Positions 19,581 through 26,090 are shown, counted from the stretch's first letter. The stretch: DNA of 28,870 bases from a virus (IMGVR_UViG_3300035135_000182:1-28870), one strand, 5' to 3'. Program-made: numbers and translations. The notes: generated by a model from the sequence alone, not told the origin.

Positions 19581-19722
19581 TAGCTTTACTCTTTAAAATT
19601 TTTTTCTGTAAAGCAGGTGGCAGTGTCTTTTGTTTTGCTGTAAGCAATGACTTACCTTTTTTCTTTGCTTTCTTGCTTGGACGACCAACTTGGTTTCCGT
19701 AAGTTCCTTTTCCCATAGGCAT
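19573..19722 (-). CDS. Lys-rich 49-aa protein (missing from ORF track)
   Basis: Manual translation MPMGKGTYGNQVGRPSKKAKKKGKSLLTAKQKTLPPALQKKILKSKANA; TAATG-coupled; fills the gap exactly; no acidic residue. Confidence 0.7.
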   Translation of the reverse strand: MPMGKGTYGNQVGRPSKKAKKKGKSLLTAKQKTLPPALQKKILKSKANA

Positions 19723-20060
19723 TATGCTTTTCCTTTCATTCTCTTATACCTAGCCAAAAGTCTGCGACCTTTAGCAACTGCGCTAGCCTTATCACCAGAG
19801 TGACCCCATGCAATAAGAGATAGCTTCAAACGAGTCGGTCTGCCCTTCTCGTCCTTCAATGGGCCTTTCGCTGAACCCATCCTTACTAGGAAACTTCCTT
19901 TCCGCCTGACCTGTTCTGGCGTCTTTGGCGCACCCTTCACTGGTGCTTTGAGGTTTCCCTTCTTTCCGCTTTTGGTTCTGTAAGAGGCGCGACCTTTGGC
20001 GTTGAGACCACCTTTGGGGTTCTGACCTGCTTTGCGAGTCCATGCTGGTGACTTTGCCAT
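19722..20060 (-). CDS. Basic protein (AWTRKxGxNPKGGLNAKGRASY family, DUF6321-like)
   Basis: 112 aa, strongly Lys/Arg rich; TAATG-coupled on both sides. Confidence 0.7.
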   Translation of the reverse strand: MAKSPAWTRKAGQNPKGGLNAKGRASYRTKSGKKGNLKAPVKGAPKTPEQVRRKGSFLVRMGSAKGPLKDEKGRPTRLKLSLIAWGHSGDKASAVAKGRRLLARYKRMKGKA

Positions 20061-20335
20061 TAGCCTATATTACTCATATCCATGCCACCGTAGTTATTCC
20101 CATAACTAACAGTGCTGCCACTAAACTTAGTTCCCTTGCCCCCAGAATTATTATCATCACTATCATTGAAGGCAACAAGTGATTTAGCTTTATTTCTTGC
20201 CGCAAGTATAGATGCATTCTTCTTTTGATTCTCTTCAGACAAAGCATACTTGCTTTTAATAAGCTCTTTGCTTGTATCTCTTGGGCCAGACATCATAGAA
20301 TCATCAACCTCTATCGAACTACCACCTACACACAT
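20060..20335 (-). CDS. Hypothetical protein (MCVGG start)
   Basis: ATG at 20335 has GGAGAAG RBS, preferred over GTG at 20350. Confidence 0.55.
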   Translation of the reverse strand: MCVGGSSIEVDDSMMSGPRDTSKELIKSKYALSEENQKKNASILAARNKAKSLVAFNDSDDNNSGGKGTKFSGSTVSYGNNYGGMDMSNIG

Positions 20336-20352
20336 GACGGACTTCTCCACAT

Positions 20353-20385
20353 AAAAAAAAATTACAGCCGTTTGTTCGACTGTAA
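20353..20385 (-). terminator. Intrinsic terminator downstream of terS
   Basis: Minus strand TTACAGTCG-AACAAA-CGGCTGTAA followed by T9; 9-bp stem with one G-U. Confidence 0.7.
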
Positions 20386-20466
20386 CCCATCGAGCCTTTT
20401 TTGGCTATAATGTTTGTGGTGGACCCCTATGGCAACACGATACCGCGTTTTTGACCCCCCTGTGTG

Positions 20467-20838
20467 TCAGCCTAGGTCTATACGCACAGTAATGTCCCCA
20501 GCAACCAAGTGCTGTGATCGTTCTACTGGCTTGAACCCTGCCCTGTCGAGTATATCTTTACTGGCTTCTAGCTGAACGTACTCAGACTTCGCACTCTGAG
20601 CAAGGCGCAACAGCTTGCTAGCGGCAAACGTAGCATTGAGTCCGAGCGTTTCCGTCACACTCTTCATCATGTACTGCTGAACGTGCGGAAGCCGTAATGC
20701 TTTACTGGCACTGACTCTCCCACTCTCTCCGTCAGCGTATCCAGCCTTGCTCGCGGCTTCCTTGATGCTACACCCCGTAGCTACGAGCGTATCCACAAGG
20801 CTAATCTGCTTCGATGTCAGTTTACTTACTTCTGTCAT
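20467..20838 (-). CDS. terS: Terminase small subunit
   Basis: LTSKQ...AASKAGY...ALRLPHVQQY HTH-type N-terminus, QLEASKDILDRAG, C-terminal beta strand; first gene of the late strand; AGGTGGA RBS. Confidence 0.8.
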   Translation of the reverse strand: MTEVSKLTSKQISLVDTLVATGCSIKEAASKAGYADGESGRVSASKALRLPHVQQYMMKSVTETLGLNATFAASKLLRLAQSAKSEYVQLEASKDILDRAGFKPVERSQHLVAGDITVRIDLG

Positions 20839-20875
20839 TCATCCACCTATCGAAACCCCCCTTGTGTTCCCCCCT

Positions 20876-20912
20876 TTTATGAACCAGCTGAGAACGCCTT
20901 GTCAACTCACAA
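20876..20912 (-). promoter_or_regulatory. Putative late promoter upstream of terS (TTGTGAG-TTGACA N18 CATAAA)
   Basis: Consensus -35 with weak -10, preceded by a one-mismatch copy of the TTGTGCGTTG motif. Confidence 0.5.
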
Positions 20913-20935
20913 TACGATATACTTACCTAGAAGGG

Positions 20936-21316
20936 GTCAGCCATATCATGCTCACCCTTTATGTCAGAGGTTGCCCGTTTTACTTGCTTAGTCAACTTCT
21001 CCGTAGATGTCAGTGACAGCCACCCCCTCTGCACGAAACTCCTAGCAGGTCAGCAACCCACTGCCAAAGTAAAGCAGCAGGCCGAACCCCGTAGATGTTG
21101 TGCCTAGCTGGTTTGCTTCCTTCAGCCGTGGCTGTGCTTTACTTTGGTGGCATCCTTGCCCCTCAAGGCAAGGAAGCCAGCGAAGCCAGTGGGCCGTGAC
21201 CTTGGGAGTTATCGGCAGAGGCGGTCTCTGCCACAGACAAAGGAGAAGTAAAAATGACTAAGCAAGTAAAAAACAACCTAGTAGCTGACATAAAGCGTGA
21301 TCATGTTATGACTGAC
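20936..21316. repeat. Long imperfect inverted repeat / fold-back element (~380 nt) with branched core
   Basis: Pairings read directly: 20936-20967/21285-21316 (28 of 32), 20968-20973/21274-21279, 20978-20994/21255-21271 (17 of 17), 20995-21002/21242-21249, 21008-21019/21228-21239 (10 of 12), 21026-21032/21215-21221, 21037-21044/21203-21210, 21047-21052/21197-21202, 21057-21063/21187-21193, 21064-21076/21135-21147, 21153-21160/21167-21174. Confidence 0.9.
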
Positions 21317-21637
21317 AGAGTTATAAACAACCAACTGAATTGGGAATTGAACAATGTAGTCAAGAATCTAGAATGGTCTATCAACAACAAGCAAGAAAAG
21401 ATTGAAGCGATAGACCAGATATTCTATGACTTTGAAGCTAGCAAAGACGGTGAAGGCGCACAGACCGAGCCTGATTGGGTTGACCTCGATAACAAGCGTC
21501 AGTGGCACTTGAAGCAACAGGAGGTAACTCGGGTCTTACGCGACTACTTCAAACAGTCCGTGGACCAACTGTTTCCAGAGGTGAAAGCACAAGCGGCAGA
21601 AGATGCAAAAGCAAGGTTCGCTAAGCGACTAGCATAA
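21254..21637 (+). CDS. First early-strand gene, hypothetical helical protein
   Basis: 127 aa, strong AAGGAG RBS, followed by a hairpin. Confidence 0.75.
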   Translation: MTKQVKNNLVADIKRDHVMTDRVINNQLNWELNNVVKNLEWSINNKQEKIEAIDQIFYDFEASKDGEGAQTEPDWVDLDNKRQWHLKQQEVTRVLRDYFKQSVDQLFPEVKAQAAEDAKARFAKRLA

Positions 21638-21645
21638 CACAAGCT

Positions 21646-21680
21646 GAGAGAGGTTCGGTGGAAACATCGAGCCTCTTTCT
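21646..21680 (+). terminator. 15-bp hairpin with GAAA loop, terminator or 3' stabiliser
   Basis: GAGAGAGGTTCGGTG-GAAA-CATCGAGCCTCTTTC; three G-U pairs indicate plus-strand RNA; U tract weak. Confidence 0.6.
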
Positions 21681-21816
21681 GTGTCTGGCGTAGAGACATC
21701 CAACCACACCCGCCCTCGGCTACGCCTCGGGGGTGGACATCCTCACAACTGTACTAGGCTTGGGCTTGTCATGGAATACCACATACCATTATATATATTA
21801 CTCATCATTTTTCTTA

Positions 21817-21845
21817 TTGCAATGAATGTATTTGTATCTTACTAT
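21817..21845 (+). promoter_or_regulatory. Sigma70-type early promoter TTGCAA N17 TACTAT
   Basis: Near-consensus hexamers, 17-nt spacer, AT-rich upstream, immediately before a GAGGAG RBS. Confidence 0.75.
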
Positions 21846-21863
21846 TTGTAGAGGAGAACACAC

Positions 21864-22031
21864 ATGAATAAATCATTTGAATATTTATTATTTGTTTTGC
21901 TTATGCTTTATGCATTAAGTTGGACAAGTATTCTCTGGGAAGTAACTGGAGATAAACGCCTAACTATGTGGTACTGGATAGCACATAGCGAGGTAAGTAA
22001 AGAATCATTCAACAAAGGAGAACAGCTATGA
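21864..22031 (+). CDS. Small membrane protein, 55 aa (missing from ORF track)
   Basis: MNKSFEYLLFVLLMLYALSWTSILWEVTGDKRLTMWYWIAHSEVSKESFNKGEQL; GAGGAG RBS; ATGA overlap with next gene; one hydrophobic helix. Confidence 0.65.
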   Translation: MNKSFEYLLFVLLMLYALSWTSILWEVTGDKRLTMWYWIAHSEVSKESFNKGEQL

Positions 22032-22891
22032 ATGATATGACAACAATCAATGAAGTGCAGACTGTGAATGAATGGTCGTTCCCAGTTGAAACTGTAAACT
22101 TATCTGCAATCAAAGAAGGTGACTGCAACATATATGATGTGCCACCAGCAATGGCTCGCGGTATTATGAGAACAGATACTAATCAAATGCTTGGTGTTCA
22201 TGGTTCTAAATACAAAGCAATCAAGCATGATGATGTAGTGAACAGTGTACTTGATGCAGTCAATAACTCTGGCATTAGCAAAGATTACCAACAAAAGATA
22301 GAAGTCTTTGACAATGGTGCAAAGCTAAGAGGTACACTTAACTTTCCTGACTTGGTTATTGAACCTTCTGTTGGTGACTACACACAGTTTCAGATTGTAT
22401 TCTTCAACAGCTATGATGGTAGTTGGGCATTTGGACAACAAGCACAAGGCTTACGCTTGTTTTGTTTGAATGGTTGCACAACACCAGACACAGTTGCAAA
22501 GACAACATCAAAACATACAGCCAACATAGATGTCAAAGCATCATCTGCCAAAATACAAATTGGTCTTGATGCATTCTTTAATTCAAAAGAACTGTATCAA
22601 GCATGGATGAAAGAAGACTTAACAGACTTGTCAGTTGAAAACTTCTTCAAAGGATCACTTGCATATGTAAATAGCAAGACATCTGAGAACAAATGGAATG
22701 ACAAGCAGCTACAAAAGCTGATGGGATTATGGTCAGACAATGCCAGATATCTTGGGAAGAACAAGTGGGGATTGTACAACACCATGACAGAGTGGGCTAC
22801 TCACACAAACGAATCGAATAGCCCAGCAAACACACGCAGACTAAGAGAGAATCAAGTAGCTAAATCCCTCAAGGAATTTGCTTACTTGTAA
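22028..22891 (+). CDS. DUF932 family protein
   Basis: RTDTNQMLGVHGSKY, NSYDGS, RLFCLNG, KHT, WGLYNTMTEWATH motifs. Confidence 0.8.
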   Translation: MNDMTTINEVQTVNEWSFPVETVNLSAIKEGDCNIYDVPPAMARGIMRTDTNQMLGVHGSKYKAIKHDDVVNSVLDAVNNSGISKDYQQKIEVFDNGAKLRGTLNFPDLVIEPSVGDYTQFQIVFFNSYDGSWAFGQQAQGLRLFCLNGCTTPDTVAKTTSKHTANIDVKASSAKIQIGLDAFFNSKELYQAWMKEDLTDLSVENFFKGSLAYVNSKTSENKWNDKQLQKLMGLWSDNARYLGKNKWGLYNTMTEWATHTNESNSPANTRRLRENQVAKSLKEFAYL

Positions 22892-22898
22892 GCAGTGC

Positions 22899-22939
22899 GG
22901 AACTGCCACCCCCTCGTTGGGTGAGGGGTGGCAGATTCC
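22899..22939 (+). other. GC-rich intergenic hairpin without U tract (possible RNase III site or stabiliser)
   Basis: GGAA-CTGCCACCCC(C)TC-gttgggt-GAGGGGTGGCAG(A)TTCC. Confidence 0.5.
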
Positions 22940-22965
22940 ACCCTGATACAAAATGGAGAACGACA

Positions 22966-23259
22966 ATGACAGACACAGAAACCAAATCAAACCAAGATGA
23001 CTTAGCAAAAGCAATGCTTGCTGGCTTGCAAGAGCTAATCAAAGCAACAGCCATTGAAACTCAAACAGCCACAAAAGATGGCACTGATAGCGAGTTTTCT
23101 TATGGGCAACGTGAAGAACTAAGCGACATGATTTATGAAAGAATACAGGAGCATATAGAAACTCAGTTAGATGACATTGTAAATGATAAAGTAATCGAAT
23201 GGTTAGACAACAACCTTGCGGAACGTATGAATGACCGCATCAGCATCCACTTTGACTAG
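22966..23259 (+). CDS. Acidic hypothetical protein
   Basis: ATG 22966 with GGAGAAC RBS preferred to GTG 22921; 97 aa, about 23 D/E versus 9 K/R by hand count. Confidence 0.7.
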   Translation: MTDTETKSNQDDLAKAMLAGLQELIKATAIETQTATKDGTDSEFSYGQREELSDMIYERIQEHIETQLDDIVNDKVIEWLDNNLAERMNDRISIHFD

Positions 23260-23268
23260 GAGAATAAA

Positions 23269-23478
23269 ATGAAATCAATGATCAAACAACTCACTGCAAT
23301 CAACAATCAACTACGCCCACTTGCTGAACAACTCAAAGAAGAAAACTCATCATTCAGATGGCGCATACAAAATGCACTGGATGTTCTAAGCAGAGTAGAA
23401 GAAGACTACCATGAGGTGCTTGAGCGTGATGCAAATGAAGACTCTAATTACACACCACCATTAAAGCGAGTAAAATAA
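23269..23478 (+). CDS. Hypothetical coiled-coil protein
   Basis: 69 aa, AGGAG RBS, TAATG-coupled to next gene. Confidence 0.7.
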   Translation: MKSMIKQLTAINNQLRPLAEQLKEENSSFRWRIQNALDVLSRVEEDYHEVLERDANEDSNYTPPLKRVK

Positions 23479-23702
23479 TGGAACAAAAAAACTACAAAGT
23501 ATCTAACAGACATCCACTACCAAAACATACTGGTCGTGGAAGACAGCCAATGTACAACTTTCCTGAGCTAGAAATAAAACAATCTATCTTTGTTGACAGT
23601 GACAACGAATGCAAAGCTGCTCGTAGTCAATTCAACAGAAGAAGACAGACTTTATGTATTCGCCCAGAGAATGATGGCTACCGTATATGGAGGGTAAAGT
23701 AA
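23478..23702 (+). CDS. Small putative DNA-binding protein (GRxxxYxF...GxRIWR family)
   Basis: 74 aa; motif pattern common in small phage early proteins; TAATG-coupled both sides. Confidence 0.65.
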   Translation: MEQKNYKVSNRHPLPKHTGRGRQPMYNFPELEIKQSIFVDSDNECKAARSQFNRRRQTLCIRPENDGYRIWRVK

Positions 23703-23908
23703 TGTCACTAATGCAACAGCGTCACTTTGAATATCTTGCTGACAAGGTTGCCCCACTATTGGGGTGGCCTAGCCAGATAGTTGAGATGGCAAACATACTG
23801 TGTGATACAAATCCAAGATTCAATAAGGAGAAGTTTCTCGAACGTGCTACGGCAGCGTGGGAGAAAGCTAATCCTATGGAGAACATCGATGACGAGATAC
23901 CGTACTAA
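23702..23908 (+). CDS. Hypothetical protein (NPRFxxxxF family) with SSB-like acidic tail
   Basis: ATG 23702 with GGAGG RBS; ends IDDEIPY. Confidence 0.65.
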   Translation: MSLMQQRHFEYLADKVAPLLGWPSQIVEMANILCDTNPRFNKEKFLERATAAWEKANPMENIDDEIPY

Positions 23909-24185
23909 CTTTGAAGGAAACAAACTGTATGATGAAGTATATGAATGCGAAGACTGTGGCAAACAATACGATTCATACAACCAACTTCACCACATCAGCG
24001 AAGACACTGGCGGTTTTTGCTGGTGTGGTTCTGAGAACATGAAAGTGCTTGTTCTTAAAACAATCTATCAAGAACTGTGGGTAGAACAATCTTTACCTAC
24101 AGAAGATGTGCTAGAAGTAGCAACTGATTTAGAAAGATGGGAACTTATCCCTTATGCAATACGTCTAAATGGAGAACAGACATGA
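23889..24185 (+). CDS. Zinc-ribbon protein
   Basis: ATG 23889 with GGAGAAC RBS preferred to 23781; YECEDCG...CWCGS. Confidence 0.65.
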   Translation: MTRYRTNFEGNKLYDEVYECEDCGKQYDSYNQLHHISEDTGGFCWCGSENMKVLVLKTIYQELWVEQSLPTEDVLEVATDLERWELIPYAIRLNGEQT

Positions 24186-24526
24186 ATGATTTATTTGACA
24201 CCCCAGCATACAAGTTGGTCAGACGCGATGACCCCTCAACAAGTCATGACGCGGCTGAACAACTTGACGTAGGCAAGATGGAAATGCTTGTCTATAAAAC
24301 AATACAATCTTTTGGCAAGACAGGTTGTATCTCAGATGATGTTCTAAAAATATTATCTCATCACAGATACAGCAGTGTCACAGCCAGATACAAACAACTC
24401 AAAGAGAAAGGTCTGGTTACTGTAGACCACCGCAAATCAAAAGCTGAAAGCGGAAGAATGCAACTTATCATGTGGGCAACAACACATTACGAGCCAGAAG
24501 AAAAAGATGGAGGTCAATATGAATGA
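24182..24526 (+). CDS. Winged-helix DNA-binding protein
   Basis: ATG 24182 with GGAGAAC RBS; RRDDPSTSHDAA, SSVTARYKQLKEKGLV, SGRMQLIMW motifs. Confidence 0.75.
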   Translation: MNDLFDTPAYKLVRRDDPSTSHDAAEQLDVGKMEMLVYKTIQSFGKTGCISDDVLKILSHHRYSSVTARYKQLKEKGLVTVDHRKSKAESGRMQLIMWATTHYEPEEKDGGQYE

Positions 24527-24656
24527 AGAGAACAATCCACTTTTATTGTGGCATGATTGTGATAGTGATTGTGATTATAGCCAAGTTAAAAATGGTGAGT
24601 GCGAATGCTATAATCGTGAGATGGATAAACGTGAGGAGCAAAAGAATATGTCATGA
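24519..24656 (+). CDS. Cys-rich acidic 45-aa protein (missing from ORF track)
   Basis: MNEENNPLLLWHDCDSDCDYSQVKNGECECYNREMDKREEQKNMS; GGAGG RBS; ATGA overlap with next gene; fills gap. Confidence 0.55.
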   Translation: MNEENNPLLLWHDCDSDCDYSQVKNGECECYNREMDKREEQKNMS

Positions 24657-24892
24657 TAAATGGCTATGAGATAATGGTCGACCAGCTGATCAAACGTCGG
24701 CATGAACTTGGTATGTCACAAGAACAATTATCATTTGAGATTGGATGTGCCAAATCTTTAATTCACAAATGGGAGCAGTACAAGCGTGTGCCATCTGGTT
24801 TTATGCTTGGCTGTTGGGTAGAAGCACTTGGCCTACAAATCAAAGTCACAGAGAAATGCGAGGAAAGCTCGCAACAAAATCAAGAAGTATGA
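24653..24892 (+). CDS. XRE/Cro-type HTH transcriptional regulator
   Basis: LIKRRHELGMSQEQLSFEIGCAKSLIHKWEQYKRVPS...ALGL. Confidence 0.85.
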   Translation: MINGYEIMVDQLIKRRHELGMSQEQLSFEIGCAKSLIHKWEQYKRVPSGFMLGCWVEALGLQIKVTEKCEESSQQNQEV

Positions 24893-25163
24893 ACGTGACG
24901 GCAAAGCTGTTACTTGTGAATACTGTAAAGTACAAACACATTGGTTTGTGGTATTAGCTAGTGGCTCTATCTATTGTGATAACTGCATGGAGAAATACGG
25001 ATGGCAACATCTCAGCGCAGAAAAGGAAGCTATCATGAAAACAAAATCCTTGAATGGCTCCAAGAAATCGGCTTCAAAGCAAAGAAACAGCCCCTCTCGG
25101 GACAGTTGGGAGGCGAGTATCGAGGCGACATCCTCATCGACATCGGACAAGACCAACTGGTAG
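24828..25163 (+). CDS. Putative C4 zinc-finger protein
   Basis: CEYC-x16-CDNC lies in the non-overlapping gap; TTG start uncertain; overlaps both neighbours. Confidence 0.5.
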   Translation: MAYKSKSQRNARKARNKIKKYERDGKAVTCEYCKVQTHWFVVLASGSIYCDNCMEKYGWQHLSAEKEAIMKTKSLNGSKKSASKQRNSPSRDSWEASIEATSSSTSDKTNW

Positions 25164-25651
25164 TTGAAGTAAAGTATAGAGATAAAGGCTCATTCCCCAG
25201 CCCGTTTTCTGTACTTGAAGACAGGGACTTAGCTATCTACAGACGCAAGACAGGTACACCAAAGTCTGTAATAATTATAGATACAGAAGTTTTTGAGGAA
25301 CATTTCGTGCCGTTGTTGCTCGCCGGCGGTGGGAGGCAGCGGCAAGCAAAACGGCAGAAAGTTCCTGTATATTGGATACCGACAGAAGAACTAATGTTAT
25401 CAATAAATCAAACACTAAAGGAGGAAATAAATCATGACGATGAAACAGCTAGGTTCTGTAACTACCATGTCGGTAAAGGATCAACCTTTAGCGACATCAG
25501 TCTTGCCTACAGAAAATGGTGCGCTAACTCCGTTAAGTTCAGAAAAGAAAACGAAAGCAGTCGCAAGGTTGCTAAAGGTAAACGACCCACATCAAGTGGA
25601 CAAGAGTCTAGTTTCTTCTCTGGAATCGTTGACGGGCTATCCCGTGATTGA
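25001..25651 (+). CDS. Hjc-type PD-(D/E)xK Holliday junction resolvase fused to a DnaT-like domain
   Basis: RRKGSYHE...PLSG...GDI...VEVKYR nuclease core (aa 1-105); aa ~117-180 WIP...ARFCNYHVGKG...AYRKWCAN resembles the C-terminal domain of phage replication initiators; GGAG RBS. Confidence 0.7.
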   Translation: MATSQRRKGSYHENKILEWLQEIGFKAKKQPLSGQLGGEYRGDILIDIGQDQLVVEVKYRDKGSFPSPFSVLEDRDLAIYRRKTGTPKSVIIIDTEVFEEHFVPLLLAGGGRQRQAKRQKVPVYWIPTEELMLSINQTLKEEINHDDETARFCNYHVGKGSTFSDISLAYRKWCANSVKFRKENESSRKVAKGKRPTSSGQESSFFSGIVDGLSRD

Positions 25652-26069
25652 AAACAGCAGAGTGCTATACAAATCACATGGCGCAGATATCGATATACGA
25701 GGATACTCAATCAAAGTAGATAACGAAGCTATTTGTGATAAAGCAATCGAAGCAGTGCAGTCATCACTTGTGCCTATGCCTGTTGACGATATCAAGAAAC
25801 AACTTGTTATCTTATCTACATTAGTAGTCAAACCATCAGGCGAATCTGCTGGTGACATGAGTGTTCGCATCAATGCAATATCGAATCAGCTAATGGAATA
25901 TCCTGCTGATATTGTAAACAAAGCAATACAAAATGTATCAAAAGAAACTACATTCTGGCCCGCATATGCAGAATTTTACAAGCATATTGGCTGGAAACTA
26001 AAGAAAAGAATCAAACTATTGGAGGCTTTGACTGCAAAAAAACTTGCATTTCTACAACAAAAACAGTAG
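25434..26069 (+). CDS. Putative helicase loader / replisome organiser partner
   Basis: AAGGAGG RBS; LMEYPADIVNKAI...FWPAYAEF C-terminal motif typical of genes following phage initiators. Confidence 0.55.
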   Translation: MTMKQLGSVTTMSVKDQPLATSVLPTENGALTPLSSEKKTKAVARLLKVNDPHQVDKSLVSSLESLTGYPVIENSRVLYKSHGADIDIRGYSIKVDNEAICDKAIEAVQSSLVPMPVDDIKKQLVILSTLVVKPSGESAGDMSVRINAISNQLMEYPADIVNKAIQNVSKETTFWPAYAEFYKHIGWKLKKRIKLLEALTAKKLAFLQQKQ

Positions 26070-26072
26070 TCT
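26044..26072 (+). promoter_or_regulatory. Sigma70-type promoter TTGCAT N17 TAGTCT for the recombination genes
   Basis: Same architecture as the 21817 promoter, directly before the AAGGAG RBS. Confidence 0.6.
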
Positions 26073-26090
26073 ATATGAAGGAGAACAGCT

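Noticed and set aside
920-19998. Numerous 60-135 aa ORFs antisense or out of frame within structural genes
   Set aside because: Shadow frames of well-supported genes, without RBS or motifs.
20927-20995. Minus-strand mini-ORF MTKQVKRATSDIKGEHDMADPF resembling the first early gene
   Set aside because: A by-product of the inverted repeat; TTG start sits directly against the SD with no spacer.
20747-21016. 89-aa plus-strand ORF across the divergence region
   Set aside because: Antisense to terS, no RBS, runs through promoter and fold-back sequence.
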